From Eledone cirrhosa (taxonomy: Eukaryota): a DNA stretch of 64,000 nucleotides. Within the stretch, counting starts at the first letter, position 1. Every line of letters begins with the position of its first letter. The stretch is taken from the NCBI GenBank assembly GCA_964016885.1, contig OZ024762.1, positions 4,650,001-4,714,000 of the forward strand, read 5' to 3'. Position numbers and translations under genes: made by a program. A model generated the notes under the pieces. The model did not search any database, was not told the DNA's origin, and was given only the letters and a program-made list of their open reading frames with translations. Below are positions 42,585 to 56,700 of this stretch, piece after piece.

Positions 42585-43300
42585 TGGTTCCAAGTTTGCT
42601 AGGCCGAGGGGTGGGATGAGCTCGCACTGCTTAAAAAATGCTCCTCGTGTCTTGTGCCTCAAATAGCCTCTGGCAACCATGTTCAACTCCTGGCCTTCTC
42701 GTGTGGTTTAACATGCAAGCTAGGGGGAACTGCCCCTATTGACTGGAGATTGGGTTCTGGCACCTTCAAACCTATGCTCCGGGTAGATGGGACACGTCAG
42801 CCTATGGGGGTAGTTCAGCTAAGAGAAGGAAAACTCTGAACTTAATCCTACCCCGCCTTGCGACTATACCCACGTATGGGAAAGGTGTGCAAAGGGGGGA
42901 GGGGGTTACTTGTTGAAAGTACGGCGTCAGTGCTAGGAGAAGGGAACCCACAAGACATAAGAGAATACAACATTGTCGCCCCCTAAAAGCAATAGCTACC
43001 GAAGCATCTCGTTGCTAAGCAGCGTTGAAAAGGTCTTTGCCCACGTGGTCCTGAACAGACTAGAGAAAATCGTTGAGAAGGTATACTCAGTGTGGTTTCA
43101 GGTCAGAACGCTCCACCATAGACATGATTTTCTCCCTCTGACAGCTACAGGAGAAGTGCCGAGAGCAAAAGCAGCCACACTACGTCACCTTCATCAACCT
43201 CACGAAGGCGTTCGATCTAGTTAGTAGAGACGACCTGTTCAAAATCGTTGCCAGGATTGATGGCTCTTCTTCAGAGGCCTTTAACATGTGCAGCGGTGTG
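42585..43300 (+). mobile_element. RTE-clade LINE relic (5' region plus frameshifted RT fragment)
   Basis: SYRSISLLSSVEKVFAHVVLNRL, then in another frame QCGFRSERSTIDMIFSL*QLQEKCREQKQPHYVTFINLTKAFDLVSR. Confidence 0.88.
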
Positions 43301-44059
43301 TGCTTTTAGTCGTGAGACCAATTTGACCACATTACAGGGTGGACTGGCTGCTTTTTGCCGATCAATAATTTAAGCTCAATGTGTTCAATATATTCTTTTA
43401 TTATTTTATTATGTTGTCCTGTTGAGGTTAGCTTTGCCTTTCATCCTTACGATGTTAGTAAAATAAAGTACCAGTAACACACTGAGGTCGATTTAATCAA
43501 CTTTCCCCTCCCCCAAAATTGTTGTCCTGGACCCTAAACCAGAAACCCTTTTGTTGTCTTCATTGTATTTTTCTTGAGTGATTTTTTGAAGCAATTATTT
43601 TAAGAACACTTATCTATCATCTGAATGTGTGTATATATATGTATATATATGTATATATATGTATATATATGTATATATGGGCCTGGCTCAGGTATGTATG
43701 TATGTATATATGTATATACGAACGGTATATATGTTTATGCATGTTTATCACTGTATATGTATGTCTGCAGCTGGTATGTGTGTGGTGTTTTCAAAATAGA
43801 AAGGTTACATATTTTGAATCTCAGCTCCTTGTGTGTGTATATATATCCACACATATATATACATCTATCTATCTATATATATATATACATATATAGGAAC
43901 GAGTAGGACCCCGACGGCTGAGCTCAAGCCGTTTCGACGGCTAATTCTGGATATATATAGGAACGATCGACTTTCGTCAAATCGGACCGAGGGAACAATG
44001 TTTCCGTTGGTCTTTCCAATTGCTAATACTATCTGTCGGTCGCAACTCCAGGTAGAAGG

Positions 44060-44178
44060 AGCAACGTGAAATAAAGTGTCTTGCCCAAGGACATAACGCA
44101 TCGCCTGGTCCAGGAATCGAACTCACAACCTTATGATTGCGAATCCAATTCTCTAACCACTCAGCCACCCACACGCCT
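44060..44178 (-). mobile_element. tRNA-derived SINE family S2, 5' part
   Basis: Minus strand TGGCTGAGTGGTTAGAG (A box), GAGTTCGATTCC (B box), GTCCTTGGGCAAGACACTTTATTTCAC. Confidence 0.8.
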
Positions 44179-44903
44179 TCACTGTGTATGTGTGTGTGTG
44201 TATTGACAAATTTTATTTTTTGCAAGTGACCTGGCAGCTTTTGTTCAGCATTTCTACTCATCTACCTGTCTGTCTGTCTGTGAGCCTGTCTGTCAGTCTG
44301 TCTGTGTGTCTGTGAGTCTGTCTGTGTGTCTGTCAGTCTGTCTGTAGCTACTGAAGCAGTGTTAGCAGTGTTAACAAGCTGATATCCTATTACCAATGTT
44401 ACCAATGTTACTAAAGTTAGCTGCTTGTAACACATCTTCAACTGATAACCAGAAAAGAAACGAGTTCGTCTCTAAGTAAGCATTACAGTCACGTGCTCAA
44501 GATTCACAGCACATCTCTCTTTTAATAGAAGGGGGAGGGTTGGAGTAAGGGTTGAGCCCATAGCCTTTAGAGACCCCACCCCCACCCCACCCCAAGAGCC
44601 GGACTTTCCCCTGCTAAGGTCCTAAACTATATAAAATTTGAGGCCTTTCTCTAAAAATATTTCGGGTAAAAGAATTCTAAATATTTCTACATGATTATTA
44701 TTTATTAATCCTGTAGAAATATTTAGAATTCTTTTACCCGAAATATTATTTATTACAAACTTTATTACAAACTTATTACAAACTTATTACAAACTTTAAT
44801 TAGTTACACAATGTTCCTTTAACTAATTAATTGATTTATTCCATTTGTCACATAGAAAATAATTACTGCCTTTAACAATTAGCAAGTATTCAGCACAAAT
44901 ATA

Positions 44904-45247
44904 CAGTCCCGATTATTCGCGGAATTTTCCTTAGAACCTAACTTATAATAATTCGTGGAAACCACTGCATATTCGCGGAATCGTAAATATCTTTCGCAAT
45001 TTTTTTATGGCTTTTTTCGTAGCAATATATATATTTTTAATGCTAAATTATTAACAACAATATACCATATTTTCCGGCCTATTTGACGCCCCTTTATTTA
45101 AGACGCTCCCTTTTTTTTTTTTGTCATAATTTACGTTATATTTTGACATTTATAGGCATTTTTATGGGCCACGTTGAATATTCGCGGTTTTTCACTCTTC
45201 GTGGATGCTCTAGGAACGTTAACCCCGCGAATACCGGGGTACAACTG
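44904..45247. mobile_element. Tigger/pogo-like MITE
   Basis: TA|CAGTCCCGATTATTCGCGG ... CCGCGAATACCGGGGTACAACTG|TA; imperfect TIRs with TA flanks. Confidence 0.6.
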
Positions 45248-45328
<81 letters not shown>

Positions 45329-45334
45329 GTGTTC

Positions 45335-45540
45335 ATTTTATTAAGGCTAAATACTGAATCTTGTTACTCTGGAGTTTCGCCTGCTTATCACAGGGTCATC
45401 TGACAAGAACTCTTGACTGATGACCCTGTGGTAAACTGACGAAACTCCAGAGTAACAAGTCTCTATTTAACCTTCATAAAATAAATATTAAAACTCTACT
45501 TCGGTATCGAGTACTCTTTTTCTCTCAGCCGACAACCACA
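45335..45540. mobile_element. Inverted pair of a third Penelope-like family with hammerhead motif
   Basis: CTTGTTACTCTGGAGTTTCG...AGGGTCATC is mirrored by CTGATGA (45417-45423) CCCTG...CGAAACTCCAGAGTAACAAG. Confidence 0.6.
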
Positions 45541-45830
45541 TACGTATACATATTTATACATATATATATATTGACTTTTGGGGTAAATGCATTCGATGTT
45601 CAGAGAGTGAGATTGGCCCCGTGTAAAGCGTTTCCTCACTTAAAAAAAGCTTCAAGCTTAGGCATCGCTTTATATGTGGCACTTTTTGCAATGTATGGTA
45701 TTGCTGGCCACAGGCAAGTCCCTAGCAGGACTAAAAAGCCAGGTCCGTGTTGCTCGTGCTTAAGTATCAAGCGATGGCATTACTCGAAATCGGGTTTCAG
45801 CCATCATATATATATATATATGTGCGTGTG

Positions 45831-45874
<44 letters not shown>

Positions 45875-46387
45875 CGCACATGTGTGTGTGTATATACACT
45901 GAGCCAGAAGAAATACTTCAAAATATGTATCTAGTGCGCTAACGATTCTGCCAATTTACCGCTCTTATTTTCACAAGGTAATCTGTTTGTCTTCTAACAA
46001 CTTCGTCGCCATATTGTTTGTACAGACAGATGTAAATATCTTGTCTGTAAATACAATAATTTCTGTGTACAAGTTAATTGAATACCACCTTATTAAATGG
46101 TCGCCGTCAACCATGAAATATTATGATGGGGTCTTTATGTCAATAATTATTTGTTTAGATTATTGCTAACGAGAGATATTCTTTTTAATGTTAGCAGTTG
46201 AGCGATGAGGTAAGCGATCTCTGATAAGAATGAAATTATCTTTACTTGCAATTAAGCGAAGCTCCTTTGGTTTATATGCAGGTTATATTTCCACAAACTC
46301 TTCCCCCTCTTCACCTGCGATTTGGCAACATTTTCAGATTGAAAAATGAATAGGGTCGATCGCAAACACACACACACACACACACAC

Positions 46388-46735
46388 GTTAGTATGGTAG
46401 TTCTTCTTTGTTGGAAAACACTAAAATCCAATTATTGGACTGCATACGATAGTGTAATGATATCGGTATAACAGCTCTCCTTTGTTGGAAAACACTAAAG
46501 TGCAATACTTAAGTTTCAGACGACATTATATTGAGGGTGCTATAGTAGCTCTCCTTTGTTGGAAAATACTAAAATGCAATGTTTGAACGGCAGACGACGT
46601 TAGTATGATAGCTTTCCTTTGTTGGAAGATACTTATGTGTAATACTTAGGTTGCAGACGACACTGCCTTCAAAGCAGTATGGTAGCTCTCCTTTGTTGGA
46701 AAACACTAAAAGGCAATACTTAAATTTCAGACGAC
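46388..46735. repeat. Degenerate ~70-bp tandem repeat (CTCCTTTGTTGGAAAACACTAAA core, 5 copies)
   Basis: Core recurs near 46404, 46477, 46551, 46614 and 46688. Confidence 0.8.
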
Positions 46736-47772
46736 AGCAACAGCATATGTAGATATATGTATGTGTATATACATATATATCTGTGTGTGTGTGTGTGTGT
46801 GTAGAAAGTTAAACATTTACATACACACGAACACACACATAACAGAGCCACCACCCTACTTACACATAATTAACACTCACCCCCCACTTCTCACTCACAT
46901 AATGAACACTCACCCACCCTACACGCATACTGAACTACCCCACCTCCCCACCACCTGTCCACCACCCCTATCCCAAACTCACACATAATTAACACTCACC
47001 CCCCACTTCTCACTCACATAATGAACACTCACCCACCCTACACGCATACTGAACTACCACCACCTCCCCCCCACTCACACATACTGAACACTCCCCCACA
47101 CAAGCACCAATCGTCAGATCTTGACTTCTCATGCAAAGTCAATCAAGCGCAGCAAGTAAACTTTATCTTACTAGGTGATCTGATATCTCTCTCACCTCAT
47201 CTTTCTCTCGCCTCATCTCTCTCTGCCCTTCTCACTCTCCCTGTCTCTCTCTCTCTCTTTTCTCTTGTCTTTTCCTTTTCTTCACTCTCTCTCCCTTTCC
47301 GTCTCGCTATATTTACATATATAGATGCACACACATACACACACACACACACACTGACAATGTGATGATATATTCACCGAGGAACCGAGAGAGAAGTGAT
47401 AAATCTATTTTCGTTTCGTTTCATTATGAAAAAATGTATTTTTCTTCGGCGGCGAATCTACCCAAGTTTATTATATGGTGGATTGGCAGTATCGGGAGAA
47501 GGTCGGACGCCATGCTTTGACGCAGAGTTACGGCCCTTTATGGTCCACCAACAACACCACCAACACCACCTCCACCAACAACAACAACAGCACCACCACC
47601 ACCACAAACACCACCTCCACCAACACCACCACCACCAATATCAACAAGTTATCGCAGAAATCCTATATCCCCACATATTTTACGAAGACATTCTAAATAA
47701 CTCTTTGTCATTCATGTGTGAGTGCGTTTGTGTGTGTATGTGTGTGTATGTATGTGAGTGTGTGTGTGTTTG

Positions 47773-47846
<74 letters not shown>

Positions 47847-49106
47847 TATATGTATGTATATATATTTATATATGTGTATATATTTATATATGAGTATGTA
47901 TGCATGTATGTGTATGAATATATATGGCTATAGATTTATATAAATACATATTTCCATATATATATAGTCACGTGGTGAGAATAGACACTGGAAAATCGGA
48001 GCAAAGCGGGTAAGGGGACAAATCTCTATGTCATCGACTACCCGTTGATGGTCACCAAAGTTTTGGTTTTTAAGTGACGATATCAAACCGGCCACTGTAC
48101 CAGTGGTTGCTATGCAACACAATTTCAAGGCAATATGTCATAAAATGAAGTAAGCTGAGTCTTTTCGACTAATGTGACAAGCGTTTGTGTATAGGCTGCA
48201 GGAGGCTACAAACAAAATGCAATGATAACAAGAATATTTGTACCACAATTTATGTGCTATGTGTGTTTTTATTGACAGTATGACTCTCCTAAAGTATGAA
48301 GTATTGATTTTTGCGTTTCGCCAGTCACCACCACCACTACTACCATCACCACCATCACCACCACCATCACCACCACCACCACCACCATCACCATCACCAC
48401 CACTACCACCACCACTAGCACCAGCACCATCACCACCAGTATCTCCCTAATATCTCCACAACAGAGACACCAGATATGCAGGCTTGCACAAACCAACTGC
48501 ATTTGATGCGCTTATTTGTAGTTGAGTTTGGCAAACTACCAACACCTGGTTACTACCACTGTGGTAGTGTGTGTGGTGGTGTGTGGTAGTATTCTTAATG
48601 TTCACCCTTCCCTTATCTGTCATTTTCTCTCTCTCTCCCCTCTCTTACCTCTTGACCATATATGGTAAACACTGAAACCTTCACCTATTTCAATGGTCAA
48701 AGAAAAATTGTCCACATCACAGCACATAGAATGAGAGTGCGAAATTCTTTACCCACATCCCCCCTCTCTTCCTAACTTTATCTACTTCTCACTCTAATTT
48801 ACTGTATTTTATTTTATCTTATCTTATTGTCATTTGATTTATTCTCCTTTTATTTTATTTTATTTCATAAACGTAAATACAATTTTTAAATTGAACAACT
48901 CATATGGGAAGAACATTACCACAAACAATTTAAGCTTTCTGAAGACGTGTGGAAAATAATTAAGTATTGCATATGATTGAACAATGTATATTGAAGTCAG
49001 CATATGTAGACTATTATAATGGGCAAAGAAACATATGTTAAAGCCAATAAATTCTTACTTTTTCATCTCACCGAAGTCTATATTTTTGGGGGTGTTATAC
49101 TTGCTT

Positions 49107-49406
49107 GGTGGATTGGCAGTATCGGTAGAGGGTCGGACGCCATGCTTTGACGCATAGAGTTACGGCCCTTGCCATTCTGAGTTCAAATCCCGCCGAGGTT
49201 AACTTTGCCTTTCATCCTTACGGAGTCGATAAAATAAAGTAGCAGTAATGCACTGGGTAATTGCTGGCCTTGTGCCAAAAGTAGAAACAATTATATTATA
49301 TAATCCTGCCGAGGTTAACTTTGCTTTTCATCCTTACGGTGTTGATAAAATATAGTACCAGTAATGTACTGGGTAATTGCTGGCCTTGTGCCAAAAGTAG
49401 AAACAA

Positions 49407-49410
<4 letters not shown>
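49107..49410 (+). mobile_element. Full SINE S1 followed by a tandem 3'-half copy
   Basis: 49107-49295 is full length; 49303-49410 repeats from the B-box end to the tail. Confidence 0.85.
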
Positions 49411-49437
<27 letters not shown>

Positions 49438-49439
49438 GA

Positions 49440-50255
49440 AGGCCGTCTGCTCCATACAAAGCTTGACCACTTCTTGCACTTTATGTCTGTTCCTTCCTGG
49501 CATGAGATCTTAAATGGCTTTTGAGTCCTGAAAGCCTGTAAAACACCCATCCACAAATAATACAATGATGTCTCATTTCGTTCTTGTGTCCTCTTTGGGT
49601 TTGCTTATTCTATATGTCCAGATCTCGCTTCAATCCACCACCTGATTTGCAAACATGGCACTGGAACAGATTATCTGCAATGAAGTTTGAATGGTCAACC
49701 GGGACTTTACCATCAAGTACTCGTTGGTGTGACTTCAAGTCAACATTTGAAAGGCACTCCTTGGGATACACAGGGTATTTGACAACCAACTCTGGATAAG
49801 ATTCATCATTATTACTGTTGGTCCCATTCTTCCAGGCTTTTCTTTTCAGCTCTACATATTTTACCCTCTCCATTTCAAATGGTTTATCTCCATTCCAGGC
49901 CACTCCATCTGCTGCACATGATTCAACATTTTTGTATACGAGATGTGATTTCAGTATCCAATTTACCATCAGCTTCTATCCTACTGCCAAGGTATTCAAA
50001 TGAGGTCACCGTCCTTAGCATTGTGCCCTTAACGAGGATTTAAGATGAATTTTTCTGCTCCCCAGGAGAAGGTTGATGCACTACAACTGTTTTTTTTTCA
50101 AATTAATTATAAGACAGAACACATAACAAGCAGCGTCGAAACCACTGATCAGGCTTTGCAAGCCTCACTGTTACTTATTAGATCGCAGCCATCTGCCAAT
50201 AGAAAGTCACGGATGAAACAGGTGAAGATGTTAGAGTTGATTATCAATGAATGCT
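49440..50255 (-). mobile_element. Decayed RTE-type LINE (RT and C-terminal region)
   Basis: Minus strand FIRDFLLADGCDL (YADD-box equivalent), TVTSFEYLGS, and FQCHVCKSGGGLKR finger remnant. Confidence 0.65.
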
Positions 50256-50299
50256 GACGGGCTAGGGCAAGATTTTGTTGATATTCTGAACTTACTGGT

Positions 50300-50690
50300 A
50301 GATGAAATGAACAATGATAGCGGAAAACCTATGAACCTAAGATTAGGCAGTATGAAAACAGAGTTAGTCAGTATAGACAGAACCACATGTTTGACAACGA
50401 CCAGAAGATATTGAACAGCTTGAAGGGAAAGAAAGAGGTAACGATATGATCCCTGAGGCTGAACAGACTAAGACATTCTGGAGAGGAATATGGGAGCAGG
50501 ATGTTGAACATAATAACCAGGCAGTGTGGATTAAGACAGTTCAAAAGGAGATTAGTGAACGAGCACACCAACAACCTGATTTGAGTATCACAGCTGAAAC
50601 TCTTAAAGGGCAGGCCAAAAAACTAACCAACTGAAAATCACCAGATGGTGTGCAAGGATATTGGATAAAAAATATAACATACCTACATCC
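50300..50690 (+). mobile_element. R4/Dong-like non-LTR retrotransposon fragment
   Basis: QYRQNHMFDNDQK...KTFWRGIWEQDVEHNNQAVWI...KKLTN*KSPDGVQGYWIKNITYLH, the pre-RT region pattern of R4/Dong elements. Confidence 0.7.
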
Positions 50691-50869
50691 AGTCTGTCTG
50701 TCTGTAGTTGATGCATTTCCATAGTTTCCATCCGATTTTGTTCAAATTTGGTACATATGTTATTTAGCTTCCGGAGCATGTCAACATATTGTTTAAATCT
50801 TGCTCTCCTCTAAAATAGTAGAGTTCTGGGGCTATTTAAAGACAGCCATGTTGAGGAGAGAGGGTGGTC

Positions 50870-50875
50870 TTTATT
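50870..50875 (-). terminator. Candidate poly(A) signal AATAAA of UPF2 (3'UTR ~50850-51532)
   Basis: Plus-strand TTTATT ~660 nt downstream of the predicted stop, just before transposon-derived sequence begins. Confidence 0.4.
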
Positions 50876-51532
50876 TACAATGGAGAAAAGTGTGCCTGAC
50901 AGCGACAGGCTCTTTTGCTAGTATATATATAAACAAAAACAAAAAGAAAAACAAAAACAAGAGTGGCTCTGGCAGAGTTTTCATTTTATAAAAAGACAAA
51001 AAGTATTGTGATTTGTGAGAGGAGAAAGAGGGAAGGGTGTGTATCTGTATGTCTGTATGTGTGTGTATGCATGTGTGTATGTATGTGTATATGTATGTGT
51101 ATATCTTGTCTTGAGGTGATGGTGGTGGAGGTGGTGGTGGTGGTGGCGCTGTCTCACTGTCACCTGGGTTAGACTGTTTGCTTTTGTTTGTTTTTTTTTT
51201 GCAAAAAAAGGCCGTGTGCTTTTGCTTGTTTGCACAACACATACAACACACACACACACACACAACACCACACACGCATACAGAGAAACACAGTACAACA
51301 CACAGCACTGCACTGTACTGCATTGCACTGGATTGCACTGTTGCTGCTGCTGTTGCTGCCGCTGCTGCTGTTGCTGCTGCTGCCTTTCTTTCGCTCCACT
51401 AACTGCTCTGCATTGCCGCCACTACAGCCAATCAAATTGGTCGGTCAAGTCAGCTGACAAACAGGCACAATAACTAATGCCTGGAGGAGGAGGAGGAGTA
51501 GTCATACACTTGCCTCAAGCTTCAAAGTTCCT

Positions 51533-51542
51533 TCAACGCTCC
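51533..51542 (-). CDS. UPF2: Probable terminal coding exon of UPF2 (K-E-R-stop) at the start of the 3'UTR exon
   Basis: Acceptor ...GGTAACTGCATTTCTGTAAATTTTCAG|G GAG CGT TGA completes the phase-2 AA codon of the previous exon; followed by UTR-like sequence. Confidence 0.5.
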
Positions 51543-51597
51543 CTGAAAATTTACAGAAATGCAGTTACCTTAAAAAAAAAAAACTAATTCATCAATA

Positions 51598-52482
51598 TGG
51601 TCATGTTGGTGACATGACAAAAAGCACCCAATCCACCCTGTAAAGTAGTCATGTTGGTGAGAGCACCTGGTCCAACCTGTAAAGTGGCCATGTTGGTGAC
51701 ACAAAAAGCACCCAGTCCACCCTGTAAAGTGGTCATGCTGGTGACATGACAAAAAGTGCCCAGTCCACCCTGTAGGTGGTCATGTTGGTGATACAATAAA
51801 AACCACCCAGTCCACCCTGTAAAGTGGCCTTGCTGATGACATGACAAAGAGCACCTGGTCCAACCTGTAAAGTGGCCATGTTGGTGACACAAAAAGCACC
51901 CAGTCCACCCTGTAAAGTGGTCATGCTGGTGACATGACAAAAAGTGCCCAGTCCACCCTGTAGGTGGTCATGTTGGTGATACAATAAAAACCACCCAGTC
52001 CACCCTGTAAAGTGGCCTTGCTGATGACATGACAAAGAGCACCTGGTCCAACCTGTAAAGTGGCCATGTTGGTGACACAAAAAGCACCCAGTCCACCCTG
52101 TAAAGTGGTCATGCTGGTGACATGACAAAAAGTGCCCAGTCCACCCTGTAGGTGGTCATGTTGGTGATACAATAAAAACCACCCAGTCCACCCTGTAAAG
52201 TGGCCATGCTGATGACATGACAAAAAGCACCTGGTCCAACCTGTAAAGTGGCCATGTTGGTGACACAAAAAGCACCCAGTCCACCCTGTAAAGTGGTCAT
52301 GCTGGTGACATACAAAAAGTGCCCAGTCCACCCTGTAAGTGGTCATGTTGGTGATACAATAAAAACCACCCAGTCCACCCTGTAAAGTGGCCTTGCTGGT
52401 GACATGACAAAAAGTGCCCAGTCCACCCTGTAGGTGGTCATGTTGGTGATACAATAAAAACCACCCAGTCCACCCTGTAAAG
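51598..52482. repeat. SINE-derived ~47-bp minisatellite with 188-bp (4-mer) higher-order period
   Basis: Unit GTCATGTTGGTGACA..AAAAAGCACCCAGTCCACCCTGTAAAGTG; ends in the SINE tail AAGATAGACGTTAAACGATGATGATG. Confidence 0.88.
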
Positions 52483-53374
52483 ATAGACGTTAAACGATGA
52501 TGATGATGATATATATATGTATACATACATTATATATATTGATAGATAGATGAGTATGTGTGTATATAAACATATGTACATAATACTAAAAAGAATTATA
52601 TATATGTCTGTCTGTACATTAAATGTCGTTCATAGAGTCCATTGTATACTAAAATTATTTAGATTTATGTACACTTAAACAACTTCTAGCAAATTCCATG
52701 GAGTAGAACCCCTAAAAGAATATTTTTTCGTTATAAAAACCAATTATTGAGGAAAGTCATTCGTAACCATTAATGGTGAAAGAACATGGTCACGCAACAA
52801 AAATAAAAAGACAGCAGACGCACACACATGTACAAAAAAGAGACACAAACAGATACATATTAAACAGACACACACACACAGTGAAAATTATGTAAGAATA
52901 GGAATGCAGGGATGGGGAAGATGAAGTATTGTTATTCCAGGATATTTAGTTTACAGGTGTAAATCATACAAAAAAAATCAACAATGAATCCTTCTTACTT
53001 CAAAACCACAGTTTGGGAGACAGGAGTTGGATGACACTGCTAGGAAGAGGGACAGGCTAGTTGGCCTTGCCGATCCCTTCACACAGCAGAACCGTATTTT
53101 GGGTGCCACAACCACGTTTGCAGTGCGAAACTGGGTGGCGCCGCTATGGGGAGGGACAGGCCAGTTAGTGTAATGTGGCCGTGTAGGTAACACGGTAAAA
53201 ACCTCCCAGTCCACACTGTAAATGTGGTTGGTGTTAGGAAGGGCATCCAGCCGTAGAAAACCTGCCAGATAGTCCTATACGAGTGAGACACAGTCACCCG
53301 ACCAATCTTGCCTCAAATGGGACAATTCCCGTCTAACCCATGCTAGCGTGGAAGATAGACGTTAAATGATGATG

Positions 53375-53409
<35 letters not shown>

Positions 53410-53710
53410 GTAATAAACGAAAGATATATACTTTATATCATCTCTATTTATTTCATTATATATATTTCAAAGATGTAAAGTTTTATGTATAACATAAAGC
53501 AAAACATGTTCTCTTCAGATAAAATACATAGAAAATGTATAATTTTTTTTCATATGCTGATAGACAAACGAGCTGGATAGATCGGGGACCACCAGGCATA
53601 TGGCGGACATGTTTTGCTTTGTTATACATAAAACTTTACATCTCCTAAATATATATTATGAAATAAATAAAAATGATATAAAGTATATATCTTTCATTTA
53701 TTACTATTTA
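53410..53710. mobile_element. Inverted pair of a Penelope-like fragment in the last UPF2 intron
   Basis: 53407-53508 mirrors 53607-53706; minus-strand CTGAAGA 53518-53512...GAAATATATATAATGAAATA. Confidence 0.6.
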
Positions 53711-56700
53711 TTACTTTAGATTTAAAGGCATGTGTGAGGGGGTGGAGTATTCAGGTATGGGTGGAATGTTAGGACATGGGAAGTGCAAGAGGAAGAGGGA
53801 CATGCACGGGGAGAGGGATTTTAGGATGTGGAGGTATATGGAATAGGAAGAGGGAAGGTAGTGCATACAAGATGTATGCTTCAACCCATGCATGTGGGAA
53901 GGCAGGTTTTCTGTATTACTGCATAACACCAAAGATCTTGATCCCGTGTCAACACCTTATATATAGATTTATCATTATTTCCTTCATCCTTACGGGGTCG
54001 ATAAAATAAAGTACCAGTAATGCACTGGGTAATTGCATGGCATGGATGGGCTGTCACCCTGAAATTCTAGTAGAAGATACATGCTGAAGGTGCCATACAT
54101 TAGGATAGAACTAAAAACCTCATGATTGAGAAACAAGCTTCATCACACAGCCATGCTTGCTTGCATCTCCTCATTTTAAAATATAAGCAAAAGATTTATC
54201 TGCTCAGAGTGAGGAGAAAAAACAACAAAAACAAGAAACAGGAAACAAAACTCAGGGTTAGTTGGTTAGAAAGGGAAAAGTCTGATCCAGAAGATTGGGA
54301 CACAGAAGTAAGATATTTCTATTATTGATACTGTCTGCCTGTCACAACTCCTGGCAGAAGTAAGGAGCTGATCATCAGATCAGATCAAGGAAACTATGTT
54401 TCCATTGGTCTTTCCATTACTGATATTATCTGTCAGTCACAACTCCTGGCAGAAGTAAGGAGCTGATCAAAAGATCAGATCAAGGAAACAATGTTTCCAT
54501 TGGTCTTTCCATTACTGATACTCCCCACTCTCATCACTGGCTCCCCAGCCTGGCCAAGGATATGACATGCACTCCAATGTCATAATGAGGTAGGGTTGGT
54601 GCCACAACAAAATACTCCATGAACAAACAGTAATATGGTTGACATTAGGAAGGGTATCCAGCTATGGAAATCATCTAAAAACCAAGCATATAAGTAAGAC
54701 ATAGTCACCTGGGATGCCTGGTGTCATGATGTGACAAACCATCTAACCCATGCAAGCATGGAAAATATGTTAAACACTGACATAGAATACACAGAGTTGG
54801 AATAGATACAACAATGTATCCACCAAGTCTACCGCTGCCAGGCTGATGTTTTAATTATTGACCTTTAAAATATGAACAGCAAAGTTGACGTCGGCGAGAT
54901 TTGAACTCAAAGCGCAGAGAGGGGGGAAGACATACCACAAGACATCTTCATCCAACACTCCTCCCATCCCCCACCCCCCTCGGCTGGTACTATATTTTTA
55001 CCAACCCCCAAAAGGATGAAAGGCAAAATTAACCTCAACAGAATTTGAACACAGAGTACACTGGGTCAGAACAAATACCATAAGGGACCTTGTCAAAACA
55101 CTAACAATTCTGCTACCCTACCACCACTTACTTGGACTCGTACTATATTTATCAATCCTAAAAGAATAAAAGGTAAAGCTGATCTCAGCAGGATTTGAAC
55201 TCAGAGCAGAAAGGGAGTCGGATCAAATGCCACAAAGAATTCTTCTCAAAGCTCCAACAACTTTGCTAATTAATAAAAGTCTAAGTCTAAAGTTTGTCTT
55301 GAGCCATTCAAAGCTCGTTAGGCCGGTGCTTATCCCAGTTTCATGGTGTGAAGTGACTGAGAGTACAAGACTCCCCACTGGGCAGGATGCCAGTCCACTG
55401 CAGGGGTAAACCCCCAGCTATTGCTGGTACTCATTTTCAGCTGAGTATACTGGAGCAGCATGAAATGAAGTTCAAGAACACAACACACAACCCAGGAATC
55501 AAACCCACAACATTATGATCCTAAGTCCAACACCCTTACCACTAGGCCACATGCCTCCACATTAATTAATAAAAATAAAACCAAAAAATAAAAATAGACA
55601 TAAACAAGAGGAAACAGAAACGTAGCAACTATACTTTGAATGTTTCTTACTTGCATACAAAAGTGTTTAGATGCCTGAGAGCAAATCATCAAGTTAATTC
55701 AGCTGAAATTTACAAAATATACATCATACAATACTACGTTGGTAACTGAAGTTAAAAGCTTTCCCTACCAAACTACCTACAACTAACCCAGGTTTTACAA
55801 TTTAAAGAAACCTGCAACCATAAATTTATGTAAAGACTTTTGTTAGCCCTTTCCCCATAAAACTACCTACAGCTAACCCAGATTTTACAATATAAAGAAA
55901 CCTTCAACCATATTGTTATATTTCGGGAGGGTCATGTTGTTATAATATTGCTAGAAATATAGAATAAAACACTAACTTTATGTAAAGGCCTTTGTTAACC
56001 TTTTCCCTACGAAACCACCTACAATGAACCAACTTTTACAATATAAAGCTGTTTAATTTCTAGTGGTAAGAAACTCTCAGGAGAGTTGGACAGCAGAAAG
56101 TCTTCAGAGAAGAAATCCCACCTCAAACAAGAAGCCTTCAATCATAAGTTCATGTAAGGATCTTTGTTACCCTTTTAATACTAAACCATCTGTAACCTAT
56201 CAAATTTCTACAATACAAATTGTTTATTTTTAAAGTGGTTATATTGAGCTAAAAAATACTTCCAACATAATTTTATGTAAGGGTTAAACCCTTTAGCATT
56301 TAAATAAGCCATATCCAGCCAGAATCCTCTCACCTCTTTCTGTTCAAACCAGCTGTAACTGGCCACTCATTCTGATGTTAAGGTATTGTTCTCAAAATAA
56401 ATAATATCAAAATCTCATAAATTTGATATTATGTGAGATAGAGTTTACCATGAAAATACAAGAGTTAAGTTATGTTATATTAATAGCCAAAATGAGCATG
56501 GCAATATAGGGCAAGGTCCGCCCACTGAATAGACTTCCACACAGTTTCTGTCTACCAATATCACTCACTTGGCTTGAGTTGATCTCAGGCTATGGTTAAA
56601 GACATGTACTTGCCCAAGATGCTACACAGTGAGACTTGAACTCAAGATCTTTCGATTGCAAAGCAAACTTCTTAACACCTCACCCTCCCAACCCATATCA

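Noticed and set aside
51570-52526. Cys/His-rich repeat ORFs (CHQHDHFTGWTG)
   Set aside because: Translations of the 47-bp SINE-derived minisatellite with shifting frames.
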